Positions 11,767 through 23,920 of a DNA stretch of 64,000 bases are shown here, piece after piece (within the stretch, counting starts at the first letter, position 1; every line of letters begins with the position of its first letter). The position numbers and the translations under genes were made by a program. The stretch is from Podarcis melisellensis (lineage: Eukaryota). Location: assembly GCA_964234715.1 (NCBI GenBank), contig OZ174276.1. The stretch is one strand, 5' to 3'. The notes beneath the pieces were generated by a model. That model searched no databases, was not told the DNA's origin, and saw nothing but the letters and a program-made list of their open reading frames with translations.

Positions 11767-14009
11767 TATTTAAGGCAGGCTTCTTTCTTCCCTTTCTTCT
11801 CCCCTCACCCCACAAAAGGAAAGCTTATCTAACCTTTGCCTCATCACACCAGAATCATGGTCAACACTTCGTTTTTACTATCTCTAGAATCTTCATTTTA
11901 AACTTCTCTGTCTTTTGGGCTTAATATGCAATGCTGGCCTCTTATCTCCAGGGCATTGCTTTAATGCATAGCCATTGTAGCCTCTTGGCAGAAAGACAGA
12001 CCAGAAAATTACCCCTCCCCTCCCCACTCTCTTCAAAGGAAGAGGCATGAAAGAGCCTCTGTCCCAAGGCATCACCTTTCCCTGGCAGCCACTCTGCCGC
12101 CTGCCAGGATAAAGGCCTCATTTTAAGAGGCAGCCTGCACTGATTATTTTCTGCTTGGATGGACTGAATCTGCTGCATAGGATATGTGCTCACGTGAGAG
12201 GAATGCTTAATGCCACTCACATAGTGTCAAGGCACAATGTCGCCCTCAGCATAGGGAGTGCCCTGCTCCCCTAGGCCTCAGACAATCTGGATGGCCTTGT
12301 ACTGGGCAAAACAGAAAGATAACAGAACATCCACACAAATGGCCTTCTCCAAGTCCCCCTTTTTTCTTGTGGCCTCATCAGGCAACACAAGTAAAAAAAT
12401 GGTAGAAGGATTAGGGGTTTTAAATATGCTTTCTAAGTATGCTGCCTTTAAAAAAAAGGAAGTAAAAAAGATGCCAGCACACACATTTGCAAGATGTCTT
12501 CAGTTATAACATGGAAAGACCAACACACTTTTCAGAGAAGATACATGTTCAGCAACACTATGGAAACAGACTAGGAAAAAATATGGCAGAAATTTCTGGC
12601 AATCAAACAAAGCATGCTCATATATTTATTGCGAGAATGCATGTCCTCAGAAATATTTCCAGTCTCTGCCTGGGGACTTTAAAAAAAACCCTGATTTCTC
12701 TATGTTGTAATAAGAGACAGCATTGTAAATGCAAAACCTTTCTGTATCTGCAATTTAAGCAGGACTTGATTAATCATTATGCTATGTGTAGATTGGAGCC
12801 TTTTGTCTGCTGCAATTATCAGATTTCGTTTCCATGCAGAAACAGCACAGCTTTTACTAAACAGCTGAGCACCATCCAGATTTCATTCCTGCAGCAAGCA
12901 CCTTTTGTTACAGAGGAACTGTACTTTCCAAGCATTCAAACACTCAATCAAGTTGCTGGAGAAATGCAATTATTTCTCTAGAAAGAAACAGAACACCTCT
13001 ACAGTCCAGACAACTGGTTTATTGAGCAATCTTCCTGATTTTCTTATTACACAAAGCTCACATGAAGGTCAGATTAGTATATCTGGTCTTTACCGAACAT
13101 TCATTCAGATTTGTTTGCAGGGCAGTTGTACAACAAGCATTCATCCTCCATTCATCCTGATCTGCTTGTGGGTGTTTATACATCTTCTCATTAATTAACC
13201 CACATCCCACACTTTTAAATCCCATCACTTTCCAAACTGCAAAAAGCCATTCTTTTTCCAACTGGATTTGCTCTAATAGGGCAGGGCTGGGGAATTATTG
13301 GCCCTCCATAAGTTGCTGAACTACAACCCCCAAGAGCCCTAGCAAGCATGACTAAGGGCCAGGGATGATGGCAGTTGTGGAATTTAGTACTGTATTTAGG
13401 CAAATCACTCTGGAGTCCATTACTCTCTCCAGAGTCTATAACCAACCATCATGCACTCATTTTTATACTGACTCTGTCTGTCAGCTGTTGAATACATATG
13501 CCTGTTTAACTACCTCAGTATATCTAATGCTGCTTTTATCTGTGGAGCAGTAACTGGGCAGATTTATTCTTTGATGAATCACTAAAATGGCAGAGATCAA
13601 GAGCAGGAAAATAACTGGCTCCACCTAAAAATTATAAAGATTAGTGAATGAATATCTTTCTCACCTACATATTTTGCAAAACCCATCTTTATTTTCCACA
13701 ATTTATAGCAGCACATATTCTTACTGCACAACAGTAAACTCTTAGGTTTTATGCATTCTGCCCACTGAAAATAAAATGGTGGTTATGTTTTGCCTCTAAG
13801 ATAGTGAAGAAAATAATGAAAAGTGAAAGCAGTCTGTGTCTTCAAGTCTCTTAGGCCAGAAGGCAAATATAATTTAATGAGTTTAGACTTTAGGGCCTTG
13901 ACCCAAAGTATCAGCATCAAGCAGCGGGCCTGCCACTAGCCACAAACATCGCAGGGCTGAGAACAAAGAAGAATCATACTGAACAACACGAAACCACAGA
14001 GAAATGGTA

Positions 14010-14598
14010 CCGTATTTTTCGCCCCATAGGACGCACTTTCCCCCTCCAAAAATGAAGGGGAAATGTGTGTGCGTCCTATGGGGCGAATGCAGGCTTTCGC
14101 TGAAGCCTGGAGAGCGAGAGGCATTGGTGCGCACCGACCCCTCTCACTCTCCAGGCTTCAGGAAGCTATCCGCAAGCTTTGCAAACCCGGCGTGAGTTCC
14201 CGTGGGCTCACAAGGCTTGCGGGCAGCAGCCTGCAGCCCGAAGCACAGGGAGCCCTCCGGAGGGTGCCCCGTGCTTCAGGAGGGTGTCCGCAAGCCTTGT
14301 GAGCCCACGGGAACTTCCGCCGGGCTTGCAAGGCTTGCGGATAGCTTCCTGAAGCCTGGAGAGCGAAAGGGGTCGGTGCGCATCAATGCCTCTCGGTGCG
14401 AGACTTGGGGCGGCAGCCTGCAGCCCGAAGCACGGGGAGCCCTCCGGAGGGCGCCCCGTGCTTCGGGCAGGTGTGCGCAAGGCTTGGGGCAGCAGCCGCG
14501 GCTGGGGGGGGGGGAGTAATTTTTTAAAATTCATTTCCCCCCCCAAAAAATGAAGTGCGTCCTATGGGCCGGTGCGCCCTATAGGACGAAAAATACGG
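14010..14598. mobile_element. Tc1/mariner (Tc2/pogo-like) non-autonomous element with internal foldback
   Basis: TIR CCGTATTTTTCG.CC.ATAGG, TA TSD; CpG-rich interior with inverted and direct repeats. Confidence 0.88.
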
Positions 14599-17500
14599 TA
14601 ATTCTATCTCAGGGTTCTAGCAGTTGCCAATTGTCTTGCACCAGCGCAAGTACTGAGCAGCAGAAAGCAGTCCTTTTACAGGCAAGTATAAGAGGTGCCA
14701 CCATGATTTTTCAGATATATATTTTTTAAAAAATGAAGCTCCTCAGCAGAATAAATCCGTTAGCAATTTCATTATTCTAAGACAGTGAAGCCCAATTCCA
14801 CACTGCAAACTGATAGATTTATTTCTGATTTGTGTCTTTGCCTGTTCTTTTCCAGGGAAAAAAACTTTTAAACACTCTGACACCATCTAGTGACATCTGC
14901 TCTGCTTTGCAGGCATTAGGAGAATGTGCTTCCATTATCCTACTTGTATCCCATTCATTAAGGTGCACAATTTTATTCTGGATTAATTACTCTGGAATAA
15001 TTTCTCTCAATACTGTAAATATCTTTAATTGTAATCAGTAACAGATTAGACGTAAAATGAAACACTAATACCAGAGTTCTAATTTATATGGGAGCAATTA
15101 ATGCCAAACTGTTAATCCTACCTGAATTCTAGAATCAGAACTGCTCTTGACTGAAGGACTGCCTTATACAATTAGGATGTAGTACTCCAAAGTATTCCAT
15201 GCCATCACTATTCTTCTATGAATTTGTCTCTAGCCCTCTGCATCTCAAATCAATTGTTGTTTTTAACAAAAGCAATCAAGGTTAGCAAAGGTGCAAGAAA
15301 AAATTAAGCGCTCAAAGTGTAACAATTCTGTTTTTAGGTCCAATTTATATGACATTTTGTAGGATGTGACAAGTTTGTTACAGGAGTTTTCCTTGCTAAG
15401 TCTACTAAACATTATTCAGCATTAACAGTGTGCTAGACGTTATACAAAACTGTTAGTCAACAGACAATCTTGCAGGATTAGTGTAAATTATGGGAGGATC
15501 AAACTTAAGGACACAAGGGAGAGGACATGGTAGCAATTTGAGAAAGTGGCTGGAACAAACAGGGTAAAACAAATGAAGTTCTCAGAGTGTATGGCAGCCA
15601 GAGACAAAGATACAGACAAAGGTAGGCTCAGGGATACAAAGCCTGCTATGAGGCACAGTTAAGGAGCTCTTCGCAAATCACACCACTGAGTTTAGAGCAG
15701 CCACATCCTTTCAGCTACAGTTGCTGAAAGGGTGGGAACACTGAGGGTAGGCCAATCAAATTACTCTCAGCCATTCTTTGTGCTTGGTACAGACTAAGTT
15801 TGGAAGCAAGTCCAAGTCCTAAGAAGACTGCACATATGATACTGTTCCTGCTCAGAAGACTTACTATGTACAATAGATTAACAAGACAGAAGATATGCCA
15901 TCTCCCCCCCCCCCCCCCGGAACGAGCCTATCAGGTAGAGATTCAACAGGGGCAGCCTTCCCAGCCTTTGATGCTCCACAAACATGCACAAACTGTGGGC
16001 AGGAAGGGCTGAGTTTTTCACATATTCACATAGGCTGTCACTAAAATAAGCAGCCACAAATCAGGATCATCTGGGTCCTGGCCTATCAGAACAAGAGAAA
16101 TAAAACAGCTGTTGTCCAGCATCCTGCAAGCACACACACAAACACAATATCTGTGTGCATGCCCCAGTGAAAGGTGTAGCAGAGCTTTCCTTGGCTATCA
16201 CACATGCAACTTTGGTGCACAATTCAGCACTGTTATCACACAATTATCCTTTTGGAAAATGGGGTTGGCAGGAATTCCAATCCATTGGAATAAAGGAAGC
16301 TGGTGAACCCAGCTGATTTCAAAGACCCAGTTTTCTTTTTCACATGGAGCATCCTTTTACATGGAGCATCAGTAGTCACCGCTTAACAATAAATCAACTC
16401 TGGCACTATAAGCCAGCAGAGGAACGGAATACACATGCAATTGACAAGAACACCAAAGGTCTCCCAAGCACCCAACCAAACAGGACTTCACTGCTGGACT
16501 TAAAAATAGGGGATTTACCGTAAGTGAATAATATTGGATATGGCCATGCCACACCTGCTTTCATGAACATACACATACTCCCACATGCATTTTCTCAACA
16601 TGGAATGATTCAGTGGCAGAGAGGAAGGAGAAACAGATACTAAGTCATCTGTGGCCCAAGCAAACCTCATTCAGTTAACCTAGTTTCCCTACATGTCCTC
16701 TGATAAACAATATGCAATAGCTTTAAGGAGATCCCCCAGGGTACTACTTGTTGATTGCCTAGGGCTAGGCCCTAGGCCATTGGAGAAGTTTCTAAATTCA
16801 TAGTTTCAATTATGCCACAAGATCTGATGGCTTTCCTTGGCTGGATGCTATCCTTAACCGTCATAATTTGGGACCGTAACCCCTTCGGTCTTCTTCAGCC
16901 CCCCAACTGGGAACAACTGTGACAGCATGTTCATTCACATATTTATGTTCATTATCACCCATGGTAATGCTTATAGTTAAACATCCACAGTGGATCATCT
17001 CACATCAACACAAACAATATTTTCAATGTGGGAGTTATTGTGTTTAGGTGCAAATAATCAGATGTAGAACAATGTTTCAGAAACAAGTGAAAGAATTGTG
17101 GAAGCCCTTTTCATGCATGGGAAAATGCAAGCTGCTGGTGTCTGAGACCTCTAATCATTCCCACCCCTTACTCTTTTTTTAGTCCATCTTGTGCCCTTTT
17201 AAAGAAGAATTCTGAGAGTCTTAAAAACTACTCCTGCTCTTCAGAGTACATGTGGGAATTTATATAGCTGGAGCTTAGATGGTACAACCACAATATGATG
17301 ATTGTGGGCTGCTGATTAGACTGTAGCAAACATTCATTTGGGATGTTCTGAGTTGCTCTTAAACAGAGGTAGTTCTGGCCTGTGTTAATCAGTAACAAAT
17401 GAAGAAAGAGAAGGGGACTCCAATTTCTCCTACTTTCTGCACATACCTACTCCTAAATCAAAATATGATCCAGGTAATCAAAATGGTAGAAAAGAATGAG

Positions 17501-18418
17501 GATGTTGCTTGGCATTACTGAATTAGATTTTGATTCATTCAGTTACTGTTAAGCAAGTATTGTTGCAGTATAACAGACATTGAGAGAGCCATCACTCATG
17601 ATGGCATGCACAGTTAACACACTGTAAATCTGCATAGGACTTCACATGCTCAAATGGTATGGGAATACAATATGTGAGAACATTCACTGGCATAGAACAC
17701 TGTCTATAAGATCATATCCAAACCATATATTTAAAGCACATGGCTTCCCCAAAGAATATTGGGAACTGTAGTTCACCCTTCACAGAGCTACAATTGCCAA
17801 CACCCTCAAGAAACTATAGATCCCAGTTTTATTTGGGGAAGCCATATACTTCAAATGCATGGTGTGGATGTGACCTCAGAGTCTACTTTAAGCTCCACCA
17901 TTTGCTTAAAGCTGCAACTCTGTGCATACTTTCACCCAAATCCAAACAAGCTACCAGAATGATTATGTATGTTTCTTTAGCCCCAAACCCCAATCCTCCA
18001 AAACTTAAAAACTTTCCAAAGCAAATTGTTCTCAAGCAGCCCTTGGGCCAATACAAAATACGTCCTTTACCTATCCTTTCCCTCTGTATGCCATAGGCTT
18101 GTCGCCTTTCTTATTAAAGAGCTCTTCTGACTTTTAATAGCTGCAGAACAAGCAGTATGCAGCTTCTTTCAGCAGTGAGAGTAGTAATGGGGAAGCTATC
18201 CCAGTTGAATTTCTACCTGTAACGGAAGCCAGATAGGGCTACATCATCCTGGACTACTTAGTTTACTTTTATTACTCCTATTTCTCTTCCATTTCTTTTC
18301 AAATTGATGCTCCCTGAACCGAACGCTTCCTTGCCCTCCTGCTTCTCCCAGAACCTCCCGCGAGGATGCAAAGCGGCCTGGCAAATGCCGCCACGTGCGG
18401 CTGGAGGCCGGTACTCAC

Positions 18419-18749
18419 GGATGCACTGCAGACGCTTCTTGTACACGCCCCAGATGAATTCCCCGCACAGATCACACCAGGTCGCCTGGCTTTGCGCGCA
18501 GGGCTTGAAGACATGCCCCTCGCCCAGCTCCTCAGTCAGTTTGGGGTCGCTCTGGCCGCCCAGGAGTCGGATCTGGCGCACGCGGCTCAAGATCTCGGGC
18601 ACTTTCCCCGGAGAAATCCTCAGGGCGTTGGCCCGCTCCAGCCGGACAGGACGTTCAGACGTGCCTCGCGGGCCCCGCGTCAGGTCGAGCTGCTTCTCCA
18701 GCCCCAAGTTCTTCAGCTCAATCATCTCCTGGTCCACCGGCCGGTTCAT
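18419..18749 (-). CDS. RASSF1: RASSF1 isoform A first coding exon (1alpha), N-terminus and first half of C1 zinc finger
   Basis: MNRPVDQEMIELKNL...RLERANALRI...GHVFKPC...TWCDLCGEFIWGVYKKRLQCI; GCCATG start context; GTGAGT donor, phase 1. Confidence 0.94.
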
Positions 18750-19591
18750 GGCCACTACATAGGCTGAGGATGCAAAGCGGGAAAGGGGGCCTGCAAACAC
18801 ATCTCACAAGGGGCCCAGAAACATCCCCGTCTCGCCCGCGCTCCTCGGGGGTCCCTGTGCTGTTCGGACCAACCCGCACTCCTCTCTCGACCCCTTTCCC
18901 AGTCTGTCAAAAGTTCACTTCTCGTCTGTTTTTCTCTTCCTCTCCGCTTGTCTTCTCCCCCGCCCCTTTTCACCCCTTAGCTTTAAAGCAGCAGCCAGAA
19001 AAAGTCACAGGCGATCTTTGTTGGGAAAATTAGAGCTCAGTAAGAGCCTCCCGCCCCCACGAGCGGGCGGGCAGCTTTCTTGGCTCCACAGCATCAGCCT
19101 CCTTTGGTTCTACAATCGTGCTCCATAAGAGAGGAAGCTGGGGAGAGTTGCGTTAGTTTAGGTCCTGCCTCTGAAGTGCTACCAGTTGCTGGCTTGCTCT
19201 TTCTTTTTTTCTTGAACAAGCAAGAGGAAAGGTCCCAGCTCCCCTCCCCTTCATGCATTTCCTCCTTACTAGGAGGGGGGGGGGGAGAAGAGACCAACAG
19301 GCGGCGCCTAGTCCTGTACGCCTTGAAGTTGTGGCTCGTCTTGCTTTACGCTCCCCGCTTCTCCCGCATTAAGGCACCTCCGGAGTAAGACAGAAGAAGC
19401 GCAGCAGGTTTGAGGGAAGCGGCAGCCGGACACGCTGCCAACTCCCCGACAGCTGCGCGGCATCATTTCGTGGGACAGGCTGTGTGTAGTTGGCGGGGGG
19501 AATATGCAGGGGGAACCAAAAAGGCGGGAGAGAAAGACACAGCTGTGAGGGAGTAGGGGAGAGTTGGCGCGGGAGTTTTAAGACTCCAGAG

Positions 19592-19831
19592 CATGGGTAG
19601 GCAAACTAAGGCCCGGGGCCGGATCCGGCCCAATTGCCATCTAAATCCCGCCCCCTGACGGTCCGGGAATCAGCGACTTTTTACATGAGTAGACTGTCCT
19701 TTTATTTAAAATGCATCTCTTGGTTATTTGTGGGGCATAGGAATTCGTTCACCCCCCCATATAGTCCGGCCCCCCACAAGGTCTGAGGGACAGTGGACCG
19801 GCCCCCTGCTGCAAAAGTTTGCTGACCCCTG
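19592..19831. mobile_element. hAT (Charlie-like) MITE
   Basis: Ends catgggtaggcaaact and agtttgctgacccctg; perfect 8-bp TSD ctccagag. Confidence 0.9.
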
Positions 19832-21814
19832 CTCCAGAGAGTAGCAAAGCCGTCCCTCATAATCCCAAACGCTGCGTCAGAGAAAAGGAGACCCCTCCAG
19901 GGAAGCTGCTGCTCCCCACGTCTCCTTAAGGACCTCGAGCAAATCGCCTCCCCTCCTCGCCCGCGCTGGGTCCTCCGCCTGCGCTCACACCGAGGTTCCC
20001 GGGCTCGCGCTCTACTTCTGCAGCTGTGTTTCTATAGCGATGCTGCTGCTGCTGCTGCTTTTGAAGCGGGCAACCGCAGCGCTTCGAGAGGCCGGCGCCT
20101 GACGTCAAAGTCTGGGGAGATGGAGGAGCGCACGGCGGGAGACGGCGCGGCTCCGTCTGAGCGGCAGCAAAGCGCCCATCTACCCTCAAAGGGAGGCTTC
20201 TGCGACCGGGGTTAATCTCTTCGGGTTATCAGCAGCTGGCAAGAGCAAAAGGAGCTCTTCCCCAAGGAGTGGCACCCAAGGGCGGCTGTTTGCTAGGGTG
20301 CCAAATAGGGAAGGGGCCTCTGCCACTCAGACAACCACCATTTTCTGTAGGCCTGGAACACCCAGAAAAGGATGAAAGAATGCCGAATGTGCACATCCCT
20401 CCTCTACTTGGTGTGGGCTGCCTTGCCTGAGGGCCCATTAAATCCTCAGGCTGGCACTGTTGCCATTTATTTTTCTGAGGAGGGAGCATGGGCGTAGCCA
20501 ATTTTTTTTTGGGGGGGCAGAACTTTTGTTAGGAGGGACAGAACCCACGTGAATGATCTGTTAAGTATTTCTGTTGTTTTTCTTGATCTGGGGTAGGCAA
20601 CTGCCCCCCCCCCTATGCTCATGGGACAGAGAATCTTAGACCTTTAAAAAGCTGTTTAATCTAATTTTATGAGGGAAAAGGAAAGATCTGTCTAGGGATA
20701 CCCCGCAATTGCTCATTCAATAAGTCTGGTGAGCATGTACCATTTGTTCTTTGAACAGAGTCTATTATTTATCCATTTTAGCTATCTCAAGATATTAAAA
20801 ATAAGCCATTCCTTTGTTCTTTTACAGAAGGCACTGCAACACATTTCCAGTGCCAAGCAAAACATAGTTTGCAGTTTTAAAAATATGCAACAGACTTAGT
20901 TTAAACGAGCTGCTATACCAGCCTTAATGAAATCAAAATGTTAGAGCATTCCCCTCATTCCTGCTGCATAATGTCTCAGCACTAGATCACCTCCTTGAGA
21001 CCTCTAATTGGTTTGGATATGGCTAAATGTTAGTTCCAACCAAGTAAAGGATAAACTTAGCAAGGAAACCAACTCTTATTCTCAGTATACACATCAAGTA
21101 CTGCTTATGCTCGCATTTTTATGAAATCTGTCTGACCAGCCTCCTGTTCGCCAGCATAATTTGCTATTCTTGGCTTAAGTAATTGCTTACCTGTTTTTTC
21201 ATGCGACTTTCTGTGTAAATGTTCACAGTTGTGTTTTTCATTATTGCATAATGTAATTTAGAGGGTATTATTGTTTTTTGTCCTTGTTTGTGAGGGCCTC
21301 CCTACCCACTTACTGCCCCCTCAGACAAACTGTCAACACTTGGATGTTGGTGATGGGGCAAACAGCCACATTTTCAGAGAAGTAGCCATCTGGAAACCTT
21401 GTTTTTTTGCTGTTCACATTCTACTGAAGTCAGGGATCATAAGTAATGCATGGAGACTGTGGACATATCTGCATTTCCTTCCCCACTGCTTCCTGCCTGG
21501 GAAGTTCCACATTGTAAACAGAGCATAATCATTTGTCTTTGCATAACAAAAATCTTTTTTCTTGTTTGTGGTCATAATACTCTGGACTTCCTTAAGTCGT
21601 TAGGGTCTAGATATACAACTTCTTGTAAACTTTCTGAAGGCAGGACTGCACTGCACCCCACTGTGATGGTCATACTATATCCCTAAGCAGGGTTACTAAG
21701 GATGCTGCTGTTTTGTTTTGGGTGAACTAATTCAGTGAAGCAAAGCATGAAGTGGGTATCTTCAGCCTGCTTTTAGTTTGATTCTTCACCATTTGTCAGT
21801 AAATGATTGATTGA

Positions 21815-22108
21815 TGTACCCCACCCATCTGACTGGATTGCCACAGCAGCTCTGGACAGTTTCCAACAAATATAAAAGCATCATAATAATAATATCAAAT
21901 ACAAAAAGCTTCCCTATACAGGGCTGCCTACAGATGTCTTCTAAAAGTTGTATAGTTGCGGTATTTATCTCCTTTACATCTGATGGGAGAACGTTCCACA
22001 GAGTGGGTGCTACTACCGAGAAGGCCCTCTGCCTGGTTCCCTGTAACTTCACTTCTATCAGTGATGGGACTCCAGAAGGCCTTCAGAGCTAAATCTCAGT
22101 GTCCGGGG
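21815..22108 (-). mobile_element. L2-type LINE 3' fragment
   Basis: Minus strand encodes RAFSVVAPTLWNVLP, the L2 ORF2 C-terminal motif; tail resembles the copy at 57184-57335. Confidence 0.8.
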
Positions 22109-23575
22109 TAAACATATTTGCCAAAATGATGCAAGTGAAGGTGGCATTTTTAAAGAAGAATTTACAGTTTCTCATCCACAAATGTTCTCAAAGGCTGCCC
22201 TTCTCTTCAAAATGATTTGTTCTGGTTTGTTTTGGCTGTGGCAAATGTTTAATAACAACCTCCCTGGCAGTCCCCACATCTGCATTTTCCTTTTGAGGAA
22301 ATCACAGAATTGGGACAATTAAGTTTTCCACATGACATGTAGTTTCACTAGGTTACTGGCAACACAGAAAGTCCCCAAAACTCAGCTGCTTCCCCACTTT
22401 GCTTGTTCATAGTGAGATGTGTGAGTTATATTGTGGAATAGATGGGGAAGGTGAAACAGAGAAAATCATTGGCTTTGTCTTCCTGCTTATTCTGAGAACA
22501 GAGTTAAGAGGCCGCAGATTTGGGTTGGCATTGCAGACAACCAAACTAGTGGTTGATATTTACTGTGGTCCTTCCCCATTTCATGAAGTACCTCTCCATT
22601 AGCATTGCACTGGGCTTCAGATGCATCCAGAACCAGAAGGAACAATGTCCTGTTGAACCTCTGGAGTGCTCAAAAGCAGCAAGGCACCTACATAGCACTG
22701 AATGGCTGAAGGACTGTTGCAGCAATGTACTGCAGCCTTGTTACCAGGTGTAAATGATGGCATGGCTTTTCCTGAGTGGCCTCTTGATGGATGAAATCAC
22801 TAGCTGATCTTTATACTGCTGACACAAAGCCCTTGGCAGGTTTCCTGCAAGGCCCAATTGCTGAAGGTTGGCTGCATCCAAAGTCCATAGTAGATTGTTC
22901 CTAGTGGTTGCTGTGGAACCATATTGTTTGGTTTGCTTATTTTCCTAAAATCATCTCTCAGTTTGGAATGGAAAAAACAAGTCAAGGAGAACGTTACAGG
23001 CCTCTTGCTTGCTCTAGGGAGCTGCATCTTGAACTTTTGCAAGAAATATCCATGGGAATAAATCCAAAAATATTATTGAAAAGAGTCTAGAAATGGGTCT
23101 ATTTTTGTCATTTCCTGGGAGTAAACATCTGCCAGAGAAATGTTAAATTTGGAAGGATATAAGCAGCAGACTTTGTAGCAATTTGTTTTTTAACCTTGGA
23201 AGATCCAGTCTTTTTCTTGCTACCTCTTATAGTTGGGATTATTTTCTTTTAAAACATCCATCCATCTTTGTCGTTTACATTCACGCTACATTTTTTTTGA
23301 AGTCCAGAGATCTACCCATAATCAAAACAGTTGTCTTGATTGTAATAATAGGCAATTAAATGACTTATGTTACATGGTGTATTAATTAAAATTGCAACTT
23401 AAAGTTGTGAACTTAAAAAGAATAGCAATCCTTCTTTTACTACATTGCATAAACATAGGAAATGGATGTAAATCCAATATGCAGATATGTTTTCTCTCCG
23501 AGTTCCCACTTCTGTCATCTTATCAAAATATTTGAGTTTAAATACACTTTCAGAGCTCCAAAATAGAAATTTGGG

Positions 23576-23920
23576 GCCATCCATTAAAGTTGAACGTTGG
23601 AAGATTCAGAAAAGACAAACGATAGTATTTATTTGCACAGCCCATAATTAATCTATAAAAATTGCTCCCACTAATAATATAATGGCCATCAAGTTAGTTA
23701 GCTTTAAAAGTGTATTAGACAAATGCATGGAGGATAAGGCTCTGTTTTGCCTCCAATGCTGGAGGCAGTATGTCTCTGAAGTCTCTGAACACCAGATGCT
23801 GGGTATAACAAGCAGGGAGAGTGCTGTTGTACTCAGGTCAGTGCTGCAGGCTTCCTATAGGCAATTTGTGGGCTACTGTGAGAACAGGATGCTTGATCCA
23901 GCAAGACTTTTCTTGTGTTC
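23576..23920 (+). mobile_element. CR1-type LINE 3' fragment
   Basis: Degenerate HPLKLNVGRFR and SFKSVLDKCME coding remnants followed by CR1-like 3' UTR. Confidence 0.65.

Larger units (their letters stand above)
18330..20230. promoter_or_regulatory. Bipartite CpG island over and upstream of RASSF1A exon 1alpha
   Basis: CpG-rich at about 18330-19100 and 19280-20230; full CRE TGACGTCA at 20100-20107; GC box near 19650. Confidence 0.75.

Noticed and set aside
14004-14546. ORFs with repeated peptides on both strands
   Set aside because: Artefact of the internal inverted and direct repeats of a non-autonomous transposon; no transposase motif
18750-18800. ORF-track N-terminal extension of RASSF1A (MFAGPLS...)
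   Set aside because: Begins at GTG; ATG 18749 has a good Kozak context and better fits the known N-terminus
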